This document shows, piece by piece, positions 37,172 to 49,692 of a stretch of 64,000 nucleotides of DNA (positions are counted from its first letter, which is position 1; every line of letters begins with the position of its first letter). Source of the DNA: Torpedo marmorata (taxonomy: Eukaryota); assembly GCA_977017645.1 (NCBI GenBank), contig OZ360223.1:213590001-213654000 (forward strand), given 5' to 3'. The notes beneath the pieces were generated by a model. The model searched no databases. It had not been told where the DNA came from and was given only the letters and a program-made list of their open reading frames with translations. The translations under genes were made by a program, and so were the position numbers.

Positions 37172-40100
37172 GTAAGAGGATTAAAGCAATAATGCCCGTC
37201 TCTTCTTGATGTGTGCTCGATAGCGTCTCCTTCCCATAGTGCAGAAGAAAACTTTGCTCTAATATAGGGGTGGTAATACCTTTAGTTGAGACATTTGTGG
37301 TAAAAGGGTTGCTCTTTGAGGTGTGCGTCTAGTTATTTAAACTAATTGCGTATCTTATTTAACCATTTGATGCTACTTCTATTTTATTCCAGTTTTTCAG
37401 ATCTGCCTTCCTGGTATCGACTAACTGATCTGTTCAACCCTTTAATTTATTTTGCATATTCACCAATCCTTCTTTCATCTCGCCTTTATTTCTCTCACAC
37501 CTATTTTTTTCCATAGAGTTCTCTTGTTTCCATGCTGCTGTTGTTTAGAAAGACCCGCTAAAACACTGGCTGCTTATATGTTTAAGTTTCTGTCTAGCAG
37601 GCTCCCTTGTCTCAAGCCAACTGCGGGTCTGCAGAATGAAAGGGGATTAACTTGTGAACTGCTGAAAGTAGCGACTTAAATGGGCGCAAAATCTCTCAAA
37701 TGAGTCATTGTGGGAGCCGTTCTAAAGCAATTAAAGCGAGAATAAATTCCTCTCAGCTTTTCCTTAAAGCCAGCTTTCAGTGTGGCTTAATGCAGACGAG
37801 CGTCCAGTCCATCAGCAGATTTGAAGTAATATATTAAGAAGGATGGGTTCTCCAGAACATGTCTTCCACTCCTTCTACCTTTTCTCAATCTTTCACTTGG
37901 AGCGCTAATGACAAGAGAACGTGCCCGATTCATTTTCCAAACTTACATCTTTTCTCTTGACTTTTCTGTCTTCACGCTCAGTTTCGTTTCCCCACCTCTT
38001 TCTTGATCTAGAAACATGGAGCTCAATGTTGTTGTCAGCCCCATCGTAAGAGCTTTAACAGCACCAACATTATTTTTCTGAATTATGTAATAATATTTGA
38101 GAAGATGAAGAATAAAGAGCAAGAAAAAGCTTCGGAATGACTCCGAGACGACCCAGACCGTAGTCACGCCAAGGAACTGCTAAACCCATTCCTCCCACCC
38201 CCCAAAACAACTTAACATCTGAAAGTAGAAAAGATAATCTATTGGCGGCTGTCAGCTAATTAATAGATCTAATCACTTTTACTTTATGAATACATTATAT
38301 TTTTCAGCCCCTTGCTCTTTACTGTCTCTCCCCCCACCACCCCCCCCCCCAACTTTGCAACCAACCCGACCAAGGGTACCCAACAGATGCTCATTTAAAG
38401 GCAATTAATCATTTTGATGTATCGTTTAAAATTGACTGGTTCCTAGGGACCTCTTCTGACAAGAATAACAAAGCAATTTGCCAGCAGCCATCCCCACGAC
38501 ATGTTATTAGCGCTGGCTTCGTCTGAGCGGGGCTGTGGGAGAATTAGGCAGCAGGCTGTGTGAATAGACCTACCTGTTAGCGAAGATCTCCTCTCCTACA
38601 CCTGTACTTCACACACCGACCAAAAGAAAATCGTTTTATTGATGACAAGAGCCGCCAATTCGCCTTCTAATCTCGTTTAAGAAAGTTTTAGGTGACTGGA
38701 ATGTCATTTTCTTTCATTTTTAAACAACTGCCCAAAGAAGGAGTTTAAGGTGATTTGAATGTCACAAAGGCAGCAGTGTTTTACATGACTGTTCATTCAC
38801 TTGCACTACCAGAGTAATAAATTCCTTTTAGTTAATGTCGTTTTATTTGTCACTTTTTAAAATCATATTATTCCAATCCAAAGTAATGATCATCCATAAA
38901 CAAAAAAATCTGATGCAACTATATTTCAACTTACAGTTCTAATTTATGATTGAAATTCACAGTTTTAAAGTCCAGTGTTGTAATTGCAGATGTATGTCAC
39001 AGTCCGATCTTCTTTGGCTTGACACATTCGATGGTATTTTCAACAGAGGAAAAATAATGTTCAATTCCAGTCGAAAGATTGTTATGACAAGAAGTCCACT
39101 TAGCGCCTTACACTCAAATTACTGAATAGGTTTGTTTTAATTGTGTATAAGACAAAAGATCTGATCAGTATTATTGAACAAACCGTTTCACAATTCAGTG
39201 CATTTGGCAAATAATTTCTAAAGGCACGTTCTACCCACATTAACATTTTATGGCACTAAATTATTAATTATGTCTGCATCCAAAACATTCGGCATTTATT
39301 CGGTCTCTAAAAGCGACGGGATTCCTTATTTAGGTCGTGAAACTTTTCTTCCTTTTCTATCGAGAGTTTGATCTTAACTTACGTTGATCTGCAACTCCTT
39401 TTGCAGTGAAAACAAAACATTTAAGCATCTTGCTGACATTATTTCTCATTTCAATGCAATCTAACATCAGCTTTAAAACAACTTGACCCTCAAATTTACC
39501 ATCTATAATTGTATGAGAATGATATTGTCGCAGAATCTTTAACGCCTCCCATTACAGGTTGTCCGTCAAATGTGACTAATTTGTATTTGCATAAGTGAAC
39601 ATGGTTAGAAAATAAAATCATACACTTTCCCGTCAAACGTGTAATATTGACACCTTTTACCAAAATAATGCTAAATATTTAAGCACACATGCGCACAATC
39701 TTCCGCCGTTTCTGTCTAATGTGAACTTTATCATAGCTATGGATGCAGTGTTCCACAACTTCAAGGGTCTTACTCAATAAAACGGGAGAGCAAGAATACA
39801 GATGATATTATTACATTGGACCAAATTTGCACATCCACGTTTCCAACATGAACTCATTCCTCTCGTGAATTGGTTACAATCTTCTCCTAGCGTAACTTCA
39901 CTGAGTCAGGGGACAGTTAACCCTGGCATTTGCTTCTGTGTTGTCCGACTTTCTTCGGCTTTATTGGCCGCCTTGCATGTTGAATTTTGCCGTAAACCCA
40001 ATCCAGATCAGTTGAATTCAATTCAATCACCAACATACTATTCTTTATAATACACACGCTCTCATTTTCTGTAGCGAAAGCCTGTTCGGTAAAGGCAGGA

Positions 40101-41601
40101 AAGAAAAACACCATCCGATTTCTTCAATGAAATTGTGCAAATTCTCGGGATTAGCGTTGCATTTACAGAGACGGTTCCCACAAATGGTATTGTTGAAATT
40201 CCCTTTAACTGTTTGGGAACTAGTTTGTTCAGTTCCAAGTCACAGAGAGTGAAAAGAAAATCACATGACGCGAAAGTTCCATACTTGGTAAAAAGTTAGT
40301 GGGCATGAAACAAACTAAAATGAAAGTTCTATAGAAATTGAAAGATTAAGTATTTAAACTTGTGCCTCAAAATGTGGGAATGGATTTTCATCAAATATTG
40401 GGACAAACGCTACCGACCACAAGATGAGAACAGAACTCTACCCAGTTTACGTGGTGTTAGATTTACTTTCTGTTTGTTGCGAATGTGTTGCAACAGAAGA
40501 AATGTTTGTGTTTCTTGGTAGAGGAAACCCTGATCATAGGAGGAATATTTACAGCCCTGGGTTGAAGTTGGCACTGAACAATTTCGACCCCCTATTTACC
40601 GGTCGCGTTTCAGTTGCAACAAGTGTTCACATTTATACCATGGGCAAATAGAATTCAAACGCCAAAGCAAATAAAGATCGTTCCGTAGAAAAGGACGCGT
40701 GATTTTAAATGAAATGCATTTACCGAATAGCAGAAAATATATTAATATCAGATCGTGTTTGAATGGCAAATTCGAAAGTGTACTCAATCATGTACTGTAC
40801 GCATGTGAGTAATTTGCCCTCTTCTTTTGCCTCTTTCGCATCCCTGTCCTACCACTCAAACATGCCTAAAGACCCAGCCTAAATTACTAACTGTTGGATT
40901 TTAATAACACCGAAGGTACACTTTTGATTCATCCTAGGATTTCCATATCCTCTGCTAAACCACTTCCAAAGATTTCCTTCAAAATCCCACGTGCACACCA
41001 CACGGTTACCCCTATAATACATTTGAATTCTTTAGTGCCCAATTATATAGGAAACAGATTATATAAGAAAACAACGTTATTAAAGTTTATTTCCCTAAAT
41101 TATTGGGAACCAATAGACGAAAGGATCACATGAACACGCCGATGGCCATACTGCGAGTGAATGAATGTTATACTGTACAACCATGAAAAAAATGACTTTC
41201 AATTGAGCACTTTATATTTTGCAAGGGAACAAGCAGTCTGTCGATCTTTATCGGCCTAAATGTTTGTCGTTTGTCAAGGAGATGGGGTGGAGATCATGAG
41301 GCGGATCAATCCTGGTGGATCTCAAGAGTTTATTTTCTAACCTACACTAATTATAGATACTGTACACTGTCATTTTAATGGCGGAAATAATACATTCTGG
41401 CAAGCCATGGATAATATTCAGCAACGTGCGCCGTGTTTATATGTGCACTTGCTTGTGTGCATGCGTCTCAGTCCGCGTGGGCCTATATGTATGTGTTTGA
41501 TTTGGGGCATGAATGTGTCCCATGGTGCTAGGTGTTATTTTTGGATAGAGGGGATTGTATTTTAAAACAATTTTATTTGATGTACATTGACAAGACTAAG
41601 A

Positions 41602-41732
41602 NNNNNNNNNNNNNNNNNNNNNNNNNNNNNNNNNNNNNNNNNNNNNNNNNNNNNNNNNNNNNNNNNNNNNNNNNNNNNNNNNNNNNNNNNNNNNNNNNNN
41701 NNNNNNNNNNNNNNNNNNNNNNNNNNNNNNNN
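41602..41732. other. Assembly gap (N run)
   Basis: Run of N. Confidence 1.
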
Positions 41733-42020
41733 GGTGGGGGTTCATACTCCCGAATCGTACAGTTCCGGCACATTAATAACAAGTAAAACAATTCAGACAT
41801 CAGCAGTATTAATGTAATAGTCTTCGGAGGGATAGAAGTAAAGAAATTTATAACGTTATTCGAGAGGAAAGCCAACCTTGACACAAATGCCTGCTATCTA
41901 GTTGTATTATATCCAAGTCACACTTCTGATACATTCAGAAAGCTGAACTTTGAAAAGATGAACACGCCAGTCAAATACAACACATTACTGTATCATTATG
42001 TGGCGACGTCAAAACATTAA

Positions 42021-42193
42021 NNNNNNNNNNNNNNNNNNNNNNNNNNNNNNNNNNNNNNNNNNNNNNNNNNNNNNNNNNNNNNNNNNNNNNNNNNNNNNNN
42101 NNNNNNNNNNNNNNNNNNNNNNNNNNNNNNNNNNNNNNNNNNNNNNNNNNNNNNNNNNNNNNNNNNNNNNNNNNNNNNNNNNNNNNNNNNNNN
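42021..42193. other. Assembly gap (N run)
   Basis: Run of N. Confidence 1.
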
Positions 42194-45100
42194 CTCGTTC
42201 GAACTCTTCTAATCACATAATTTAAAAAACCGCACTCAAACACACAGACACTGCACAAACAGGTTTAAACAGAGGCATGATGAACAAAAGTTTGTGAATA
42301 CAAATAAAGACTTTCTTCCTTTGATAAAGCATTGGGAAACACTATCCTTGATATACTTGGAATCTGTGCAAAATAAATTCTCAAGATCTTAACAGTTTAA
42401 AAAAGCATATGAAGGACTTCATCATATAACTGCACCCCCCAAACTTGAGTATGGAGAAGAGAAAAATCCATATTGCAGGCCACTGGATTTGACGGCAGTA
42501 GAATTTACATGCGGATTTGTGGCCAAGAGCAACCTAGGCAAGCCTCCCATATCCGTGGATTTGCACCTATCTGCCTCAGAGCAGCACAAGGAAGGTCTTT
42601 GTAAAACCCTAATCCTGAAGCAACACAGCTTTACCAACACGAAGGGATAAAAGGACGATAAAACCACAACGTTATGGTGGCAAATCTTCTCTAATCCTTC
42701 GATTTAGCAAAACAAAGCTTCTTGCTATAATCCGGTATTGCTTTAAAAAGCTCAGATTTTGTTTTGGTAAGAAGATGATCCAAACGACTAATTTTCTGAG
42801 AGACTAACGTACTCTGACAGCCTTAAAAAGACAAAAAAATAAATAAATGCAAACCTCATTCTTTTACTTGGTTTCAATTCAGCTTTTTGGAACTCTGCAA
42901 CAGGGAAATATCAACTTGTCAGCAATACTGTATGCGGCAAAAGGGTTTAAAATGCCGTCACGAGGAAAATCTGCTCTTTTCCCCTCAACCTCGGCTTTGA
43001 GTGGCTCGAAACCCTTTTGATCATTTTTAAAGCATCTTAAAAGCTGTTACAAATTACTCCCAAGAAACGGCAGAAAAAATCAATTATCTAAATGAAAGGG
43101 GGTAAGACTGAGAATAAAGCGAGTGATATAAATAAGTAATCTGTTCTTTCCATTTCGTGTAAAGTTGCACATTTAAGGGCATATTTATAATTCTGTGCAC
43201 ATTTGACACTTGAACTATCCAACACACTATTCTAGTCGACGCTGCTGAATGCGTACAACCCATGGGTGCAATTCTACAAATATTTCACTGATATTTGTGC
43301 TGTATGTAATATGTACTGCATATTAGCCCATTCTGTATTCGTGGATATATTCTATATTCTTGCAGGAGTGTGTGTACGATGTGCTGATGTGTATGCTGAG
43401 TGCTCGCTGATTTGCGCCTACAGTATGAATGCACTGCTTGAATATTTGAACCATTTATTGGTGTAAGTATTTGTTTATTTTCGCCAGCATGGACGCACAC
43501 GCTTACATATATATTAGTACTGCGTTGCTACATATTTAAGGATAAATGAAGGAATATCTCCGCTCCCAGTGTTATGATTTCTGTATGTGCCAAGGACATA
43601 TTAGAAAATTACATTTCGAACACTGCAGCTTGAATAATTAAATAAACTCCGCCGTTTAAAACTTCATTGGGAACAGTTTGTGAAGCTATTAGAAAATTAA
43701 AATTACAATCGTCAAAATGTAATGTCAAGAATACAACTCTTCTAAAACTTAGGTCGAACACATCACGCACAGACGCATACATGTGCATATAGTTGGGGCA
43801 CGCAGAATAGACAGGCACATTATACAGTCATCAAAACATTCATAGTACATATCTAGAACAGAGAGAGAACATGGTCAGATCTTCACACGCACAAAACCAT
43901 TACATCGAAAAATAAGTAAGTAGTGATATTAACTACCGGTATGTCCAAATACGCACGTGGACGGGCACATGGCGTGTTTAATTTATTGGAATTTGGGGTG
44001 ATCAAAATCTATTCCGTGATTGATGTTAATCTATGTTACGTGTTGCCAATATGAATTGCAAGAGAAAATAAAATGCATAAATTAAAAGAAATATTTAGAG
44101 ATTATATTATCACTTTGAAAATACGAGGAAATTACTGATATTTTATTTGACATTTTATGTTTAGGTGGTTGGATTTTACAACTTTATTAACTGGATTTTG
44201 TATTCTGACATGGTGATATTCCATAGTTTATATTAGTTTTAAACCTGGGGACTTTAAACACTAGTCTCTGGGCTATTGGACATTTGATACAGCGGAGATT
44301 AGCAATGACCGCGTGCTTCACTTTCATCTTTATTGTTGCACAAATACAATTCTGAGAAAGACAGGACGAATGCTCATACCTACAAAATACGGTTAATTTG
44401 TTTAAATCACCACTGTGCTTTTTGACTACAGCACCGACAATTCCTCAAGGCCCTATGTGGTGAATATTCTTAAAAATATTCTCCTTCTCTCGGAACACGT
44501 TTTTAAAAGGCGAAATTGAGTCGCTTTTAGAAAGAGCCGAGTTTCAGAACTCAAACTTGTGTCCTTCATATCAATTCTCCCCCACCTTACCCACTGTGGT
44601 GTTCTTGTTTTCACCTTTTTTTAGAAACGTTTTCTCTTTCCCTTCTTTTTTATAGGGTTTGACTTTGGCTCCATTGCTTCTCTTTCTTGCTTGTTTTGCT
44701 CTCTCTGTTCCCTTTCTATCCGTCTCTCTCCCTCTCCATTCGGTACTCGCCGCCTTAATTTCTGGCAGAAGGATTTAAACTCCATCGTAGCTGACTACTA
44801 TACCATTCGTCAGAAGCAGGAAACAAAACCGGCTTCTGGAATGCAGGACACACCACCTCTTTATCTCGGAATTAAAGCATGATTTTCAAGAGAAAACAAA
44901 AGAAAGTTAAAACCTTTCATTTCAGGCGCCAGACCGCTTTGAAACTTTAGGTTAACTTTATTTACTTAACGACAATTTAGTTTGTGTAATTTCGTCGCAG
45001 TAGTTCTGATGCAGATGATACTTCAAGGAAAGATGTATTTCGCCCCCCTAAAACCTTAATCCATTCAAAAGTTATTCATTGTACCGATTCTTATTCTAAG

Positions 45101-45734
45101 ACGGTTTTCTTAAACAATGGCAGGCTTTCGCGGCAGGGAGAGTCGGTTTACAAACCGTGCATATTCTCATAAAGAGGAGGGAAGGCCCCTCGAAAACGAG
45201 AGACCCGCAGATAACAAAGGAAATCGAGATTAAAGTAAAGCAGGGGAAGGTTTAGGGCAGCTTCAGGTAGAGAAAGTGGTGTCTGGGCAAAGTAGACACA
45301 GAGTGAAAGGAGGAAATTGAAATTGAATTAAGAAGGGGGAAAGAAAGTTTACCAAGAGAAAAAAAAGCGTAACATTCTAAAAGCATTTAACAAGTAAAGA
45401 TAGTTAAAGGAATAGTGGTTCTGAATCGGGAAGTATCTTCTAAAGGAATGGGTGTTGAGGTTTGGTGAAGAGAGAAGGAAGAAAAAAAGAGAATGAACAT
45501 GATCGAGGTGGAGGATAAAACAAGACAAAAAATAAGTTGGTATCACTCAACGTTATCGTCATCTGGTCTGGGTGGGATGTTACCTGGGTGGGTTAGTGAC
45601 CCAAGGTTGGAACAAGTCCTTCATTTTTTTTGACATGGAAGAGGATTGGAGAAGAGCAAATGCTGAAGCCCTGTTCAAAATGTGGAAAGGATAGATCTGC
45701 TAATAAAGGCCAATCAATGTAACAGTGCTATGAA

Positions 45735-46215
45735 TTTAAGTATGTGAGTTTATTGTCATACATACAGTATAAGTACAATGTACAGATGCACTACCATTCT
45801 TACTTGCTGCAGCTACACAATGTAAGATACACCAACAACAATAGTATAAGTTTCCACAATATGCCATGAGATGCAAAAACATAATAAATATGAAATGATA
45901 GATAAATAAATACTGTATTCTCCTTTGCAGTTAGTACAAAAAATGATGTTTCAGCGGTGAAGAAAAATCTTTTGGTAGTCCCAGAATAGTTTATAGTTAG
46001 GGTAGAATGGTGAGGTTCAGGAATCTGATAACGTTTGGAAAAAAGAACTGTTCTTAAACCTGGAGGTGCTGGACTTAAGGCTTCTGTACCCGCACCTGAA
46101 GGTAGCAGCAAGAAGAGATTGAGACCAGGGTTATGGAATCCTTTATGATGTTGGCTACCTTCTTGAGGCAGTGTCTCACATAGACGTCTGCAATGGATGG
46201 GAGTACAGTGCCCAT
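45735..46215 (-). mobile_element. Rex-Babar LINE 3' fragment
   Basis: Plus-strand tttattgtca tail signature; LLPSGAGTEAL and aaggattccataaccctggtc on the minus strand match the other Rex copies. Confidence 0.8.
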
Positions 46216-46221
46216 GTACTT

Positions 46222-49200
46222 AGAATTTTAGAGTCATGGAGTCATAAATCATGGAAATGGCCTAATTTGCCCACGCCAAACAAAATGTCCCACCTATACA
46301 AGTCCCACCTGACCATATTTGTCCCATATCCCTCTAAACCTATCTTATCCATGTATCCATCCAATTTTTTCTTAAAAGTTGCAATATTACTTGCCTCAAC
46401 CACATTCTCCGGCAGCCCATTCTATATACTCACCACCCTCTGTGTAAACAAGTTACCACTCAGCTTCCTGTTCAATCTCTCCTCCATCAACTTAAACCTG
46501 TGTCCCCTGGTTAAATGGGCAAGAGATTTTGCATTCCATATAACCATATAACCATATAACATTTACAGCACAGAAACAGGCCGAACACATTCTCCGACCT
46601 AGTCCAACTGACCTGCACCCGGCCCATAACCCTCCACACCTCTCTCATCCATATACCTATCCAACCTTTCCTTAAACATTAAAATTGAACCTGAATCTAC
46701 CACTTCAGCCAGAAGCTCGTTCCACCCTCCCACCACCCTCTGAGTGAAGAAATTCCCCCTCATGTTTCCTCTAAACTTTTCCCCCTTCAATCTCAATCCA
46801 TGCCCTCTTGTTTGAATCTTCCCCACTCTCAATGGAAAAAGCCTGTCCACATTGACTCTATCTGTCCCCTTCATAATTTTAAATACCTCTTTCAAATCAC
46901 CCCTCAACCTTCTATGCTCCATGGAATAAAGTCCCAGCCTGTTCAACCTTTCCCTGTAACTCAAACCCAGAAACCCAGGCAACATTCTTGTAAATCTCCT
47001 CTGCACTCTCTCTATTCTGTTTATATCCTTCCTATAATTCGGCGACCAAAACTGCGCACAATATTCCAAATTTGGCCTCACCAATGCCTTATACAACTTC
47101 AACATGACATCCCAACTCCTATATTCAATATTCTGATTTATGAAGGCCAACATACCAAATGCTTTCTTCACCACGTATCTACGTGTGACTCAACTTTCAG
47201 GGAATTATGTAACAGAATTCCTAAATCCCTCTGTTCTACTGCACTTCTCAATTGTCTTCCATATAACATGTATGACCTTTGCTGATTAATCCTACCAAAA
47301 TGTAGCACCTCACATTTATCAGTATTAAACTCCATCTGCCATGTTTCTGCCCACTCTTCTAACTGTCCTATATCCCCATGCAAGCTTTAATATCCCTCTT
47401 CACTGTCCACAACACCACCAATCTTCGTATCATCTGCATACTTACTAATCCAATTTACCACCCTATCATCTAGATCATTAATATGTATGACAAACAACAA
47501 TGGACCCAGTACCGATCCCTGAGGCACTCCACTAGTCACCAGCCTCCAATTTGACAAACAATTTTCCACCACTACTCTCTGGCATCTCCTATCCAACCAT
47601 TGTTGAATCCATTTCACTACTTCGTCGTTAATACCTAATGCTTGAAACTTCCTAACTAGCCTCTTATGCGGAACCTTGTCAAATGCCTTACTAAAGTCCA
47701 TATAGACAACATCCACAGCCTTCCCCTCATCAACATTCTTAGTAACCTCATCGAAAAACTCTATGAGATTTGTTAAACATGATCTACCATGAACAAAACC
47801 GTGTTGACTACTCCTAATCAATGCTTGTCTTTCCAAATAACTGTATACACCATCTCTAAGAACACTCTCCATTAATTTCCCTACCACCGATGTCAGACTC
47901 ACAGGCCTATAATTTCCAGGTTTACTTTTGGAGCCCTTCTTAAACAGCGGGACAACATGAGATACCCTCCAATCCTCCGGCATCTCCCCCGTGGCCAGTG
48001 ACATTTTAAATATTTCTGTCAGAGCCCCCACTATTTGTACACTAACCTCCCTCAGGGTCCTCGGGAATATCCTGTCAGGACCTGGAGATTTTTCCACCTT
48101 TATACTCTTTAAAATAGCCAATACTACCTCCTCACTAATCTTTATATTATCCATTGCCAGATTTCCTTACTTCACCTGGCTCAATATTCCTTTCCTTTGT
48201 AAATTCTGAAGAAAAAAATTCATTTAAAATCTCCCCCATCTCCTCTGACTTCACACATAGCCTACCCGTCTGATCCTCAATGGGCCCAATTTTATCCCTC
48301 ACTATTCTTTTGCTTTTAATATACCTGTAGAAACCCTTTTGAGTTATTTTTACCTTGCCAGCCAAAGCAGCCTCATATCTCCTTTTAGCCTTTCTAATTT
48401 CTTTCTTAAGATTTTTTTTTACACTCCTTATATTCCTCAAGGACCTCATCTATTCCCTGCTGTCTATACCTGTTGTACACATCCCTCTTCCTCTGAACCA
48501 AATTCCCAATATCCTTTGAAAACCAAGGCTCCCTATATTTTCTAACTGTTCCTTTAATCCTCAGAGGGACGAACCGACTCTGTACTCTCAAAATTTCCCC
48601 TTTGAATATCCTCCATTTATCTGTGACATCCTTCCCTAAAAATAAATTATCCCAATCCACACCCTCTAAATCCTTCCTCATCTCCTCGAAATTTGCCTTA
48701 TTCCAATCAAGAATCTCAACCTTAGGCCCAGCCCTATCCTTCTCCATTATGAACCTAAAACTAATAGTATTATGATCACTAGACCCAAAGTGTTCCCCAA
48801 CACAAACCTCTGTCACCTGACCTATCTCGTTCCCAAATAGTTGATCCAATACTGCCCCCTCTCTAGTCGGTTCTTCTATGTATTGATTTAGAAAACTTTC
48901 CTGAACACATTTGACAAACTCCAACCCATCCTGCCCTATTACAGTATGGGCGTCCCAGTCAATGTGTGGAAAGTTAAAATCACCTATAATCACCACCTTA
49001 TGTTTATTACACATATATTCTATCTCCTTACAAATTTCCTCCTCTAATTCCCTCTGCCCATTCGGTGGTCTATAATACACTCCCATTAGTGTTTTCATGC
49101 CTTTCCCATTCCTCAATTCCACCCAAATAGCCTCACTGGACGAGCACTCCAATCTATCCTGCCATAGCACCGCTGTAATGCTTTCTCTAACAAGCAATGC

Positions 49201-49690
49201 GACTCCTCCACCTTTTATCCCCCCTGTTCTATCACGCCTAAAACAACGGAATCCAGGAATATTTAGCTGCCAATCATGCCCCTCCTGCAACCAAGTTTCA
49301 CTGATGGCTACAATATCATATTTCCATGTATCAATCCATACTCTACGCTCATCCACCTTTCTTACAATGCTGCTTGCATTGAAATATATACACTTGAGAG
49401 AATGTCCCCCACATACACTCCTTTGATTACCCTCTCCTTCATTAACTTTAACATTCTGGTTCCTCTCTTCCTTCAAATCTAGGTGTTCTTCTACCCTACT
49501 CTCCGCATTCTCATTCTGATTCACCCAAACTATTCCTCTCATGATTTTGTCATTCCAGTATGAGAGCAATCTTCATCCTCCTGCGCTCCAAGGAATAAAG
49601 CCCTGGCCTACTCAACCTCTCCCTATAGCTCAGGCCCCGAGTCCTGGCAACATCTCGCAAATCTTTTCTGCATCCTCTCCAGTTAACAAT
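46222..49690 (-). mobile_element. Older CR1 3' end (46222-46538 and about 49519-49690) interrupted by a younger CR1
   Basis: (agtcat)n-like tail at about 46230; the host sequence resumes at attcacccaaactattcctctcatgattttg...ctcctgcgctccaaggaataaag, collinear with other CR1 3' ends. Confidence 0.75.
46539..49518 (-). mobile_element. Young CR1 LINE with near-complete but frameshifted ORF2 (APE endonuclease + RT)
   Basis: EN motifs YFNASSI, ISETWL, YYRPPN, GDFNFPHIDW, SDHN (48406-49569); RT motifs NYRPVSLTS, DFSKAFDKVPH, GVPQGSVLGP, YADDTK (47387-48154); C-terminus at 46599-47174; TATGGTTA-repeat tail; ORF broken into five pieces. Confidence 0.95.
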
Positions 49691-49692
49691 AT

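Noticed and set aside
41889-41910. Partial resemblance to miR-9 (tatctagttgtat)
   Set aside because: The seed region does not match and I see no supporting hairpin.
41532-42258. ORFs spanning X runs
   Set aside because: Artefacts of the N gaps.
46525-49557. GATTTTG(T)CATTCCA direct repeat as the TSD of the young CR1
   Set aside because: The host CR1 appears to resume earlier (about 49519), so the second copy lies inside host sequence and the match is probably coincidental.
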